From contig OZ024743.1 of assembly GCA_964016885.1 (NCBI GenBank), forward strand, positions 60,202,001 to 60,266,000: a stretch of DNA of 64,000 nucleotides. The letters run 5' to 3'. Shown in pieces: positions 1 through 12,922 of this stretch; position 1 is the first letter of the stretch; each line of letters starts with the position of its first letter. Origin of the DNA: Eledone cirrhosa. Taxonomy: Eukaryota. Under the pieces are notes generated by a model. It had not been told where the DNA came from and searched no databases. It saw only the letters and a program-made list of their open reading frames with translations. A program made the translations under genes and the position numbers.

Positions 1-335
1 CCGCACACTCTGCTAAGAGTATTGCAATCACTTGTCAGATTACAGAAATTGGTGCACCTTTTGGCTACCGCCAGCCTCACGAACCTGTCACATATCCTGA
101 ACAAGCAATGCCTGTGCTTTGACAGTGTTTTAAGTGGGGAAATACCTTGCCCTCGACCAATCCCACTCTCTGCTCATCGAAAACACTACTTGAAAAGGAG
201 ACCGTTGATTCTGCCGAGTTCCTCCGCCCTTTGCCGGGTTTTATATCTCATCTCGCAGGGTGTCCAAATATCACCCTCGTCACGAAGCAACCATGGTGGG
301 GCTCGCCAGTTTAATCACCGACGAACCGACCATGA
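1..335 (-). mobile_element. Dispersed repeat, homologous to 48620-49036; possibly an RTE-family 5' UTR
   Basis: Shares collinear blocks with 48620-49036 (actctgctaagagtattgcaatc, ttcctccgcccttt, gtgtccaaatatcacc). The second copy lies upstream of, and collinear with, the RTE ORF. Confidence 0.5.
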
Positions 336-448
336 GACAGGTTGTAATGGGTTACAAGTTACTAGTAGCACTCGAGAGCGACCTGGCATATATACATATA
401 TTTATATATGTATATAAATCCATACATACATACACACAAATGTATGTA

Positions 449-623
449 TAGTATATTTGGCAATATACTGTATGTTTAATTAAAAACATTTTGAAGAAAA
501 TTCGCTATGAGTTTTAAAGTAGTGAATATCTCATATACTTTCGGCAAAAACAACAGTTTTTTTCCGAGAATAAGTAGATGGCATAGTCACTACATTAAAC
601 ACAGTATATTGCCAAATATACTA
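449..623. repeat. Inverted repeat, ~30-bp arms (449-480 / 594-623)
   Basis: tagtatatttggcaatatactg(ta)tgtttaat is the reverse complement of attaaacacagtatattgccaaatatacta apart from a 2-nt indel. Confidence 0.85.
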
Positions 624-730
624 AACTTACATTCATATATACATCGCTATTTCAGATTATCAATACTAATGCATATATATATAGTAGAAATTGGTAGTTT
701 ACTTGAAGCATTGTGTAGTGAGGTATAAAC

Positions 731-1054
731 GTTTGAAATTAGAAAGCCAGATCAATGCAGGTTTGGATATAGAATATATATATAAATGCAAAAGATAACG
801 CTGTCAATTACTCTTTTACATTAATCTATTTATATATCTTGATATATCTTGATATATGTTGATATTGCTGATCTTGCTAAGTCATGCTGACCGGACAGCA
901 TGACTTAGCAACCCATTCAGAACACTGGATTAATCCCTTTTCTTTCCTCAGACGAAGAGATACTATCTCGCAATATCAAGATATATAAATAGATTAAGGT
1001 CATACTTATATTCTATATCCAAACCTGCATTGTTCTGGCCTTCTAACTTCAAAC
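731..1054. repeat. Nested fold-back element, possibly Penelope pLTR-derived
   Basis: Outer arms 731-778/1007-1054 and inner arms 821-845/973-997. A hairpin ttgctaagtcatgctg-accgga-cagcatgacttagcaa lies at 874-911. Confidence 0.8.
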
Positions 1055-1362
1055 ATATATATATATATATACATATGTATGTATTTGTGTATGTATATAA
1101 ATATATGTATTCGTGAGTGAATGATAGTAATATTATATTAATATTATTAATAATCGGTTCGTTTTCAAGGAAACAGCCTCAAAACACCATGTGTTTTTCA
1201 ATATACCGACGTCATCCTTTTGTTCCGGGGTAGAAAACATTCGACAATCTTTTCGGAGTTATTGCATCTCATCGAGGCTGTTTATCTTCTCGTAGCTGCT
1301 ACCCGCTTGGGCTGCTGAGAATACATAGTAGTATCAAAAGTACGTCGGATGATTGTCCAAAT

Positions 1363-1402
<40 letters not shown>

Positions 1403-1941
1403 TCAAGTTATCAATAATGTAGTGATAATATATCGTCACGTTAGAGATGAACAGCGTACGTGTAGGTTTGCTCAACGAGTATAAATTATATTCCAGAGAA
1501 AATGTAGAAAAGATGAATATAAAATGAAAATGCTTTTATAAAGGAATTTATTAGGTATTGAGATATGTTTCTGTAACAGACGGAATACCTATGTATCGCT
1601 GCTTGCGTAATCATATAATGTTAGCAAGTATTCGATCGCAAATGTATAATCAGTTGTCACTTCTTCAGAGATATTGGATAAATTGGAAAAAATCAGAAAA
1701 ATCAAAGTATTTATATTAGTTGTAAGAAAGGAAGAAGAGAAGGGATAGTATATGACAGATGGCAATTCAATTTGCTGGTAAACAAGTATATAGAAGGTTT
1801 TTAATGAGAATACAATGAGTATATGGTATATTTTATCTAATAAGAATTTTTGGGAGCCTATTTTAATCTATATTTGACCAATTGAACGATGGACAGGGAT
1901 GGTTGTTTGGTGTAGTAGTATTAATATATATATATAGGGCT

Positions 1942-3130
1942 ATGTGAAGTTGTAGATGCTAGAGTATTTTATTGATTGAGCCGTTATACATATTTCCATG
2001 ACGATAGAAATCGGGTTATTTTCAGACAGCAAAATTGAGTAAAAGGTAACATTTCCGAGGCAATTATGTGTGGAAGGGAGCGGACTAAAAAGGTGTATGT
2101 TTTTGCTTTGGTTGTCCGCTCCCTTCTAACTTTCACAACCTCCCGACACCTCTGCGCAGACGCAGAGGTGTGGAAGGCTGGACACTCAACTACAACCAAG
2201 AATACTACCGACCTTAGTTGTTCTCTCTAGCTACCAGTACTCAACCACATCAGCCATCAACACTATCCGGTCAGTGGGAGTTCAGTTCAGGCAAATTTGT
2301 TTACTACTATCTTTCGTGTCTAGTGGAATTCCACTACCCGTTTATGATGAGAGAATATATCGACCAACAACCCCAAAGTGAGAATAGTACATAATCCTAT
2401 GGTTAATATAAATTATCATAGAAAAAACATTTAATGTTTCACAACCCGAAGATCCAAGAATTTTAAAATGTCAAAAGTTAAAACTTAGATGTCCATAAAT
2501 TTAGACAGCAATCAATATACTAAGAATAATATCCAACAGGCTAAACTGTATATCCGTATTAGGGATTGGGTTCAGAATTGGATATTAATTTTTTATGTCT
2601 GCCCACTGGGAAATACTGAACTCTTATCGAAAATTGCAGACGGAATTTAAAGTATCGAATGTAAAAATCAGATAATCATATAGTTGGTATCCCGGTCAAT
2701 CCGGTAGAGACAAATAATACATTGATAATGAAGATTTAACGAAAAATGTAAGAAATGGTACAAAGGAGGAAGGATAAACGGAGAAAAGGAATTATAAAGA
2801 AAATGAATGAAAAAATATGTGATAAATCTCTGAATGGGGGGGAAATTATAGAGTGTCAGTTATATTCACAAACCTTCGGGTGTTTTAGTCAGAGCAGTTG
2901 CAGCCGGATGAATTTTACAGGTTGTCCATGGCTATATAAGGCAGGGTGGAACTCGGCAGGAGATCTACTTTCCAGGCTTTAATTCCTGATAAAAGTGTTG
3001 CATGGAAAATAAGAGGTAGTTGTTGCTTTTGGTTCTCTCATTAATGCGGACGAATAACAATATCTATCGTCATGGAAATATGTATAACGGCTGAATTAAT
3101 AAAAAGACTCTAACATCTACAACTTCGCAT
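1942..3130. mobile_element. ~1.2-kb relic bounded by ~78-bp inverted repeats; possible Penelope-like remnant
   Basis: 1942-2020 is the reverse complement of 3053-3130 (gaagttgtagatg...gccgttatacatatttccatgacgataga). The interior on the minus strand has only weak, broken Cys-rich/GIY-YIG-like traces (KVCEY, QCIIC). Confidence 0.45.
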
Positions 3131-3218
3131 TTTCCTCTTTATAAGTATACTCCGTCATCTTAATTTAAAGTCGTAATATGACGTCGAGAGCTTGAAGTCA
3201 ATTGCATCCTTGAATACC

Positions 3219-3220
<2 letters not shown>

Positions 3221-3287
<67 letters not shown>
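3221..3287. repeat. (TA)n microsatellite
   Basis: Direct reading. Confidence 0.95.
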
Positions 3288-3293
<6 letters not shown>

Positions 3294-4331
3294 CATACAC
3301 ACACACATATAAATATATATATATATCATATCATATATCATATCATGTCATATATATATATATATATATATATCATAGACACTCGTATGTACACATATTA
3401 GCAGACAAGTATATAACGCTGTAACGTCTAAAGCAAAGGCGTAAATTACATGTATATATATATAATTATAGATGAGCTCTTTCACACATCATATCAGTTG
3501 CCTCTCCCTCTGCCGCAATGGAATTATTCCTGTCAGAAACCCATTATCAGATTAGTTCATTTTCGTCAATTCTAGTCTCTGTTAACCACATACACAATGC
3601 CTTAAGGTCAAATTTAAATACACGTTTTATGGCGAAAGTTGAAATTATCAGTCATTTTCTATATAAAAAATATATAATGCCTGTAGCTGTGACTGATTTC
3701 TTAGAGTTGTTGATGTATAATTAATTACTTAAATTACATTCTATACATCGGATACACGGATGTATATGCGTATTATGTGTGTGTGGGGGTGTGGATGGGT
3801 GTGAGTGCCTGTATGTATGGTTATGGTTGTGTAATTACCATTCCTTAAATGTGAATAATCTTTTAAGTTTTATACTGCTAGATACAGAGTTTATTTTCTC
3901 AGTAAAAGTTTTTATGAGTTACCATTCTGTATGAGTATGTGTATGTAGATAGAAAAGTGGACCAAAATATGTTTTATTTGTCTTTTCATTGTTGATGATA
4001 TCTACTGTGTGTGAATGGTGATGTAACGTATCGAACTCGAAAGAAGGAACAGCAACAAGTTTTGACCTCAGAATGTATTCAGCTACATTTTGTTTTCAAA
4101 GACCTCTTTTTATGCTGTGTCGACTCTGCCACTTTACCAGATACTATACTTCTATTATATATTTCATAGTTATTCGGTTTCTCATTTAAGAGTTCTTTTA
4201 GAAATTAGTGGATTATATAAATGTCATATTATTTTGACATATTCCAGAATATCTAGTGAGAAATCTATGGAAGGAGCCTTTTACCATAAATAATCATTCA
4301 ACGCTGCATTAGATTTAGTTTTACTTTTCGC

Positions 4332-4412
4332 AAATGGTTAAGATAACTGTTTCTACTTTAGGCACAAGGCCAGCAATTACCCAGTGCATTACTGGTAAAT
4401 GGTTAAGATAAC
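4332..4412 (-). mobile_element. 49-bp 3' end of the tRNA-SINE, flanked by a 16-bp target-site duplication
   Basis: aaatggttaagataac occurs at 4332-4347 and 4397-4412. The interior matches the SINE 3' end (accagtaatgcactgggtaattgctggccttgtgcctaaagtagaaaca on the minus strand). Confidence 0.85.
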
Positions 4413-5499
4413 GTTGTACATATATATATATTTGTATGTGGGGGGTGTATGGATAAGAGTTTCATGTGCACAATGCTTCCTGCTTAGATAGAAACAAAGA
4501 GAATACAATTCTTTGTTGTAGTGCCGGCATAAAATGATGTGAATATTTTCTCAGTTTACATTCCTAAAATCAATTGTCTCCTGTGATAATGTGTGCATAC
4601 AAAGCTTCAATATGGTTACGGGCTCAATCTTTCTTTTTAGAACCAGATACCAAAAAATTACATCGTCTTAACAATATTATTATCTGGAGTATACAACAAA
4701 CAAAATGCCAATCTGTATTGAAAGCAATAAAAGCAATAAAGGCATTAACAAAGTTTGAAATAGAGTCTTAACAATGTTGTTCACGGAGAATACTTTGAAA
4801 TACCACAAGTCAAAACACAATTCACTGCAGATTCGCGCAAATTTTAAAGTTGGTAGTATCGTATCGAGAAATAACTTACTCTGTAAATATATTTAATTAT
4901 ATTTTATGTCTGTAACATCTGTTAGATTTTCTGGAGAGTTTCCTATTACGAGAAGAAAATGTTATCGCCGATCAATTCTTTTTCGCTGTATTCTGCTAAA
5001 GTTCATATTTCTATAAGATATTTTATAGAAACTGTATCATCTAAAGTGGTAAGAGAGAGACAGAGGGAGAGAGAGAGAGAAGTAGTTCCACAACAGTTAG
5101 TTCACCATACCGACAATAAAAATGTTTCTCCTTATTCGATCCTCAGCCCAGTCTAAATGTAGTTGTACAGAAAAGGAAAAACAACCGCATGAACACGCAT
5201 GCGCAGAAACAATCACTTCTCCTGGAGGAGGTAAACCCACGATAGATCGAGATAACTGTGGATGTCCAGAATAAATTATTCAAGTTATTTAGAATATTAT
5301 AGATTGTTGATGTTAGTCAATCTGGAGCTTTGTAATTATGTAATAGGTGTTTCCAGACGTGTGGACAGCGTGAAAAAGGTTCATTCCTCGAATTTAGGTA
5401 ATCATTATTACGTAAATTCTCAGGATATTGATCCCATCTTCAATGCATAGTCCACAAGACGGATTTCACCTTGCGTATGGCTTGGACTTAGAAATAGTT

Positions 5500-5760
5500 T
5501 TCCATTGGATAGAGTAATATTTGCCTGAGGCACCATACGTGGCTCGCGAGTTTCATGGGCGATCGTTTTTCCGCGTATCTAAAGGCCAACTGATGGTTCA
5601 GATAGCGTTCCTTAAACTGGCCCTCTGCCATACCTACATAGAATTTAACCTCATTTTGTTGTTTTGGTCGGTTAGATGTGACCACAGCTTCATAAATTGC
5701 AGTGGGTGCGTTGCATTGTTGTTGAAGGGGACAAGCCTCAGGCTTTCGGCAAGAGCATCT
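5500..5760 (-). pseudogene. Penelope-like element GIY-YIG endonuclease fragment
   Basis: Minus-strand translation RCSCRKPEACPLQQQCNAPTAIYEAVVTS...KFYVGMAEGQFKERYLNHQLAF shows the Cys-rich linker, IY...YVG (GIY-YIG) and FKERYxNH typical of PLE endonucleases. Confidence 0.85.
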
Positions 5761-5869
5761 GGTGCAGTCACTAATGTTTCTGGGTATTACCCTTCATCAG
5801 TAGAGTTTACTGTTCACCTGCCAACTCTCAGAGCTAGTGAAAATATACATTTTCTAAAATGCACAGTGA

Positions 5870-5968
5870 CTGATGGGCCTGATTTACATATTAGCAGACT
5901 GGCTGATCAGTCAGATCTGCATACTAGCAGATCCACTGATCAGCCAGATTTGCATATCGGCAGACTGG
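5870..5968. repeat. Minisatellite, 3 x 33 bp
   Basis: ctgatgggcctgatttacatattagcagactgg / ctgatcagtcagatctgcatactagcagatcca / ctgatcagccagatttgcatatcggcagactgg. Confidence 0.85.
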
Positions 5969-7021
5969 CCAGTCAGTTTCCAGTATACGAGTGATCAATG
6001 GCCGGCTTTGCCACATTCAAATAAAAAAAGTGAAATAAATAAATAAACGGTGATTGAATTTGGAAATTGAATTGAATTGGTAACATTTACCCTATTTTTG
6101 ACTGCAGAAAATTGTCTAATAATAGCATGGCAGAAGAAATATAGCATCAGCATGCATGGTAATAAAACTCTCAGCCCTTATCTTTGCAATAAGTGTGCTC
6201 GTCGATTAGACTAAGTTGCCCTCCCGAATCCCTCCGATAAATTGACAAGCTACAATTTAAACTGATATGCAATATATTTACTTGTAGCTAGAATGTTGCA
6301 GGAAAAAGAATCGCTGGAGAGATTGTATGGACACAACCGACCAGAAGTAAATCCAGGTGTAGGCCTCAAAATCTACGAGCTCTAATGGTCTCGGTTGGGG
6401 ATCCAACTCTATCAACTGGAGACATATGCTTTCGAAAGGACCCATTGGAAGGTGTGTTTGAGTATAGTACCCCCTCGACTTTCCCAGGAATAAGAGCGCG
6501 AAAAAAAGTATATATGTGTAAATATGTGATTAGAAGACGGTGAGGGGATTTGAACATTAAATGTTATTAGGTCCTCTCAAATCAGATCGTGTGAAACCAC
6601 AGACAGTCTGAGAACTGAAGTGGTTGAAATATATGCTAATATGTATTAAGGTATGGAGCTGAGTAGTATACAAAGTGTACTCTATTATATAATATGGGAA
6701 AAGGATATATATTAAGAAAGTATATATATCAAATTAAGAGGATTGAAAATCAGCTGCAATTTTTTAGCATTTCCACTTAGCAAAGAGTTGATAGATAGAT
6801 AAATTTCTTTATTAGCCACAAGGGCACAAAAGAAGGGGACAAATACAAATGGGGAGTTTACACATAGGTATATGAAAATAAAACTATTAATAAAATAACA
6901 AATAACAATTGGAGGGAGACGTTACACAGGGGTTGTACACACCCCGAAAAAATGTACAACCCTCATCTCCAGGAGCACCAAGATTTAGTACTACCTTCCT
7001 CTCTTTTTCTTTTTCCTTGAC

Positions 7022-10000
7022 CTACAGACCTATATAGAGAGAAGGCCCAACCACTCAGGCCATCTTTGCCACATTCACCCACCTTTTATAACATTTGCTG
7101 GGGTACAGCACCTCTCCCTCCATCCTGATTCTTCTTCCAAAATGATATTTGAAAAAACGAATCAGATGCTCGCCGGAGAGAAAGGTGTTTGACCTCAGCC
7201 CTTTTAACCTCGTCCACCATATAACCTCTTTCACCATAGCCATAACACATAGGAAAACCGCCTGTCCCTCGTTTTTGAAGGAGGGTGGCGGTTTTATCAT
7301 GACAATGGACTCGGTGGTCAACTGGATTGGTCCCACCCGCGACAATAGTCGTTCTACATAGCCCCACAGGTCGGTAACGCCCTGGCAGTGTAGAAATGCG
7401 TGCAGGACGGTTTCCTCGTCGCGCACGCATCTCGGACAGATCTTTTTCGAAGGGTCCCTGCCTGGGCGCCCGTGTCTATAGAGCTTGTCCCGAACTGGTA
7501 GAGCTCCTCGGTAGCACTGCCAGGCCAGGGACTTTTTGAAGTTGTCCATTGGTCCCGGGAGGACGGTCTTACCGAACAGACTGGCCAGTTCGTCCTCCTC
7601 TACGTCCAGGATTTCTCGAAGCGCGTCGTCGCACTTGCTGCGGACCAACCCTCTATAGAATGTCGAAGTGGAGTCTCCACTGATCGCTGGGTCCGTTTGC
7701 CAGAGGACTGTGAGCGCCTGAGCACATTCGATATGTCAGTCGCCCATATTCCTCGGTCTTTGCTTGACCCAGGACTGCAGCTCGGTCAACGAGACGAGTC
7801 GTGGGAAGGCTCGCTTCACGAATGGGGCCCACACTGGTTGTGTGGGTAGGAATACGTGGAGGTGCCGCACCCTGAGCGCGTGTTTGCGCATGGTAAGCCA
7901 CGGCAACCCCAGCCCTCCGTTTGAAGGGTGTTGGTAGCAGATGGATCTTCTCACCAAAGGAGCCCGTTTCTTCCAAAGGAATTGGAAGAGCGCGCGCTCC
8001 ATTTTGGTGAGCGTTTTCGCTGGACAAGGCACGACGGTCAAGCGGTAGTAGATGACGGACGCTATAAAAGTGTTCGCCACCTCCGCTCGACCTTTCAAGG
8101 ATAGTTTGCACTCGGCCCACTTCTGGGTGAGCGCAAACACCTTGGCCGTCACCTTGTTCCAGTTCTTCTCCACCTGGAGGTCCGGATCAAACTAGACCCC
8201 GAGCAGCTTTACCGGTCTTTCTGTCCAGCGTCCGACGACTCCACGTTCCGAGTAGCAAACCGACTGATTTGTCCCGGTTCAACTTCGCTCCTGTGAATCT
8301 TTCGTATTCTTCCAGTAAGGTGGCGACCTCCCCGATTTGCGAGGTACTCGACACCATTACTGTTACGTCGTAGGCGCAGGCCGACGCCTCTTTTCGCAGT
8401 CCGGTTCCAAAGGGATGCCCTGCAACAGCTCCAACTTCCGCAGTAGTGGCTCGAGAGTCAGTACGTACAGAAGGGAGGAGAGAGGGCATCCCTGTCGGAT
8501 GGATCGCGTGATATGGAACGGCTCCGAGATGTAGCCGTGTACCTTGACCATTGAGCAGATGTTGCTGCTGTGCATTGCAGCAATCCAGCCCCTGAACAGG
8601 GGTCCGAAGCCTGCCGCCTCGAGCACCGCATCCAGGTAACGATGGTCAACCCTACCGAAAACCTTAGACTGATCCAAGTTGATCAGGGTCCCACCGAAGC
8701 CGGGTTTACACCCTACCCTCTCTATGATGTATCGCATGAGGTGGAGGTTGTCGTGTATGGACCTGGTCGGGATTGCGCATGTCTGCGCTTCTCCCACCAG
8801 GTTTTCGATGACAAGCGTCAGCCTCTTTGTCAACACCTTGGTCAAAATCTGTAACTCTGTGTTTAGCAGAGTTATGGGCCGGAAGTTGCCTATGTTTTCC
8901 CCTTTAATGCCGTCCTTCCTGACTAACGTGACTACGCCCTTGGTCACAGAACTGAGAATTCTCCCGTTCTGCTGCCAGTTGCTGTAGACCGCTTCCAGGA
9001 GACAGGAGAACAAGTCCGGCATTGCTACGTAAAATTCGTAGAGTAGACCGTTGAGACATGGAGAATTGCGTTTGCCGCATTGGCTCAGCGCGTCCCCTAT
9101 CTCAGCGGCCGAAATCGGCCTTTCGCAAAACTTTGCCTCGCTGTCCGACAGTCGCGGTAGAGTGTCGAGGTATGGACCGAAATCCATAGCCACACCCGCC
9201 GCGCCGCCCTTCCCGATCAGTTGAGCAAAGTGCCGCTGAAAGGCCACGGACATCTGCTTCGGCTCACGTATCACGCGTCCGTATTGGTCCTTCAAAGACC
9301 GAATCGTGGACTTGTTGCCATTTTCGCCTCTGTCACTCGGGCCCAGCTAACAGCTTTGACTCCTTCGTTTCCCAGAGCACGTATTTTGCTTCTGACAATG
9401 CAGCCTTCATGCTTTGCGTCGAAGAACTGATCCAAGGCCATTCTCGTCGCTAACACGCTGGCTACGTTGCCACTCCTAAGTGCCTCTTCTACTTTATCTA
9501 CCAGTTCCTCTTCGGTTTTAGTTTTATCTAACACTAATTCTTTACTAAAACCAATCGAGTCTAATCTAACTGCCCTCTTGAGACAGTACCACCCTCTGTT
9601 ATTGACAATGGCCCCCGTCAAGTGCTGCTTAACTAAAGTGCTAATCCGTCTACTGTAGGCTTTGCATGTCGGTAACGACATGTTCAGCTTCCAGTAGCCG
9701 TGTCCCTGTCTATGGGTTTTGTCAAGGTTGACTAAGCAGGTCACTAATTTGTGATCTGAATAAGGCAACCATGAACATTTGTGGACAGTTTAACATGTTC
9801 CTATTCTTCTTTCTAACTAGAACCCTATCTAGGTACGATCTAGTTGTTCTGCCACGATTAGTCCACGTCCACAGTGGCACAGTAGGAAAATCTAGTCGAT
9901 ATCTATCGGCCAGGTCAAATCGGCCGATTAACTGTGTGAGGCTGTTACACCGCCTCTATCGGGACATGCTCCCACATAGTCCCAACGTGCATCTAGGATT

Positions 10001-10422
10001 CCATTCCAGTACCCCACAAACAGCAGGGAGCGGGACGTTCCCAGAAAAGTCTCTAGACGTTTGAAGACGTCTGGCCGTGGTGTCCCGGATGGGGGATATG
10101 CGGCCACCAGTCTGAAGGCTCCACCTTCACTAGCGTCAACGTCTAGGACCACCAGTCGACCCTCCGGGTCCAGATGTACCATCTGTGTTACGAGGTCCAG
10201 GTGTTTTCGCAGCAAAACGGCAACCCCACCCCCACCTCCTAGCTGACAGATAGATGCGTAGATCTCAAAGTCGTCGAAGATGGGGGCCAGTTGTCGCTCG
10301 CTGTGGATCCTGGACTCGCAAATGCTACTATTGTGCGACTTTAGGTCGTTTAAGAGTTTGCCCTCTTTCCAGGGCATGCCCAGGCCGCGTACGTTCGCAC
10401 ATCCAACTCTTATATTGGCCAT
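7022..10422 (-). pseudogene. T1 ORF2: APE endonuclease, reverse transcriptase, C-terminal Zn finger; frameshifted
   Basis: MANIRVGCANVRGL, SDHK, GYWKLN, RPITLLNTE, RQGCPLS, CPRCVRDEETVLHAFLHC. The natural end GPSLYIGL-TAG is at 7022-7024. Confidence 0.92.
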
Positions 10423-10458
10423 GTTGGTGCTGAAAAGTTAAAAGAAGAGGAAAATAAA

Positions 10459-12447
10459 TCACTCACACCTTCGTCTCCTGGGGACCAGGCTACACAATTT
10501 CAATGGGGGGGTGTTGGGGGGATTGTGTGGTGGGGGGGTCTCTGGTGGGGGGGGGAGATTAATAGTGGGGATGGGGGTGGAGGTGGGGAAACATTTTAAT
10601 AGGACTCGATTGTAGGGTTTGACGCAGGGGTTACCTACGTCGTTAGGAAATGTTTCTCTTAATTGTTTATGTGTGTCCATGGAGGTCCTAATCATTTTAA
10701 GATTCGAAGAGTGTGTATAAGTTTTCCCTTCGGTCTGCACCGAAGGGTTTTTATATATGGTGTCTGTTAATGTTTTATTGTTAATATTTATGTAGGTGTA
10801 ACATTTTTGTTGTGTTGTGTTGCTTTTGTCTGTGGTTCTTGCGTGCGTTTACGTTTTGTAGTAGGTGTTTTGTTTTCAGGTGGGGATGTTTTTGTTTGTG
10901 CTGTTTGCGTCGCTTGTGTTGGTGTTTGTGCGTTTGTTGCATTTTTGTTTGTGTTATGTCTTTTTTTTTTCTTTTTACTGGTCGGAACGGCACTCCCTCA
11001 TCGTCACTGGGTGACGATGATGAGGCCTCATCCGTGTTATTAGGGAGGGGTACATTTTGGGGAGGCGTTATGTGTGTGGGTGTGTCTAGAGTTGTTTTAG
11101 GTGGGGACGGGTTGGGTGGGACTGTGTTTGTTGTTTGTTTTGTTGTCACTATTTGTTTATGTTGTCGTTGTTGTGGTAGTGGTGGTGGTGATTGTTGTGC
11201 TGGTGTTGCAGGTATTGGCAGTAGTGCCTTTTTTAGGCTAGTTAGCCGAGGACAGGAAGCTCTCAGGTGACCCCTGCTTAAGCAGCGGTAACATGAGGGC
11301 CGCCTACCCTCGACCGACATGTTTAGGTATATAAGCCCATCCAGCAACACACGTTCCGGGATCCTAGCTATTCGTTCTGGTGTCATTTGGACCAGAACTT
11401 CCAGGCTAGTTCCCCTGAACAGGTCGTCGGAGGACTTACCTACCGATATTATATAGTCTGTTTCGAGGTTTAAAAATCCACATAGTACCCACCAAATGTC
11501 AATATTTGGTGTGATACTTTGGACTTTTATTTTCTGTGTTCTTTTCCCCATGTAAGTGGGGAAAAAGTTGAACAGCGGTGACACAATTGGCGACACAGAA
11601 TATTTCAGTGCCGTCACATGGTTTTTCATTAGAATGGATAAACTCCCGTAGAGTCTACTCTTTTGAATAAAAGCAATGTCTTTTAAGGTATGTTTTAAAG
11701 CCAACTCAATTTCGCCTTGTGAAAGTTAAGTCGGTTTTCGTGTTTTGTTTGAGACTGTCCTGAAAATCACAGTTTTCAGAGCAGCTTCTCTTCGCAAATC
11801 TGGGGGAGAGTTTATGGAGAATGATCTGTTCTCCCCAAAAGTTACATTTTGTCTGGCGTTATTCAAAAGCTCATTTGCATTTGAAATATCTACCGGAGTG
11901 TAGCTTACCGTTTTTTTTTACGGTTTGAGCAAAGATATTTTGTCGTTTACTTCTTTGTTGCAGTTATTGGTCTTGTTTTGTTATTTTTGTTCTTGTTGAT
12001 GTTGTTTTCGTTTTTTCCGTTGTTGGTGTTGTTGTTGTTGTTAGTTGTGGTTTTGTTGTCGTTGTTGTTCTCCTTGTTCTCGTTGTCACTGTTGTTGTTG
12101 ATGGCGTTGTTTTGGTTTGTGCCATTCACAGTTTTCGTGTTGGTGGTGCTGGTGTTGTTGTCAGCGTGTGTTAGAAACATATCGAAGTGTTTCAATGAGG
12201 CGGTGCGAGCTGCCTGTTGGCTTGACACATTTACCGTCTCTCCACCACCACTGTCTAATTGTTGGCTGACAGATTTGATGTTGTTGTTGATTTTGTTGCT
12301 GTTGTTGTTACTGTTGTTGTTGGTGGTGATAGCAGCAGGCAGGCAGTCTTCACCTGCTACTAGTACTATGGAAGGTGAGATTGACAGCCCATCGCCACAA
12401 TTCTCTGATGTGATTTTTGTGAAGATGAGGTCAAAGAATTTGGTCAT
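10459..12447 (-). pseudogene. T1 ORF1 (gag-like nucleic-acid-binding protein), frameshifted
   Basis: CCHC knuckle CYRCLSRGHLRASC, Asn-rich N-terminus and Pro/Thr/Lys-rich C-terminus; homologous to T2 ORF1. Confidence 0.8.
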
Positions 12448-12922
12448 TTTGGCTATATTCAAAATTCCGGTAGAAATTTTGTGGGATTTCTCTGTTTTTC
12501 GCCCTGATGGGCTTATTATTTGGGGTTGCTACCACCTACAACGTGTAGGGTGGCAGCTTATCTACAAAATGGTGTAAGAATGTAGATTCAGTTCATGCAA
12601 TTTCCAATGAAATTAAAACATTTACTCACCAGCGTATTTTCCACATAGATAGATAACTTTCTTTTTATTTGCCACCAGGGCATCAAAGAGTGGGACAAGT
12701 ACAATGGGGGGAGCTTAAATAAAAAGGCGTCCTCAATAAGGAGGAGGCAATAACAAGATATAAAAATAATATAAAAAATATAACAAAAATAACTTTAATA
12801 ACAAAATCCTCAATAGGGCGGAGGCACCTTGATGGGTCGCACACACCCCCGAAAAAAGTGTGCAACCCTTCTCCTCAGGAGCACAGAGAAGGGGTGCTCA
12901 CATGATCTTTCATCTACCTCAC

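Larger units (their letters stand above)
6790..12560 (-). mobile_element. Tx1/L1-clade LINE, family A, copy T1 (near full length, disrupted)
   Basis: ORF1 and ORF2 fragments in order. The 3' end is AATAAAGAAA followed by (TATC)n. The 5' boundary is approximate. Confidence 0.92.

Noticed and set aside
5870-5968. CRISPR-like array
   Set aside because: The units are contiguous with no unique spacers, the context is eukaryotic and there are no cas genes.
10430-10466. A 37-nt mini-intron in the T1 spacer (GTGAGT...ttttCAG) fusing ORF1 to ORF2
   Set aside because: The AG is absent from the T2, T3 and T5 spacers (CAC or CAA instead), so it is not conserved and is very short.
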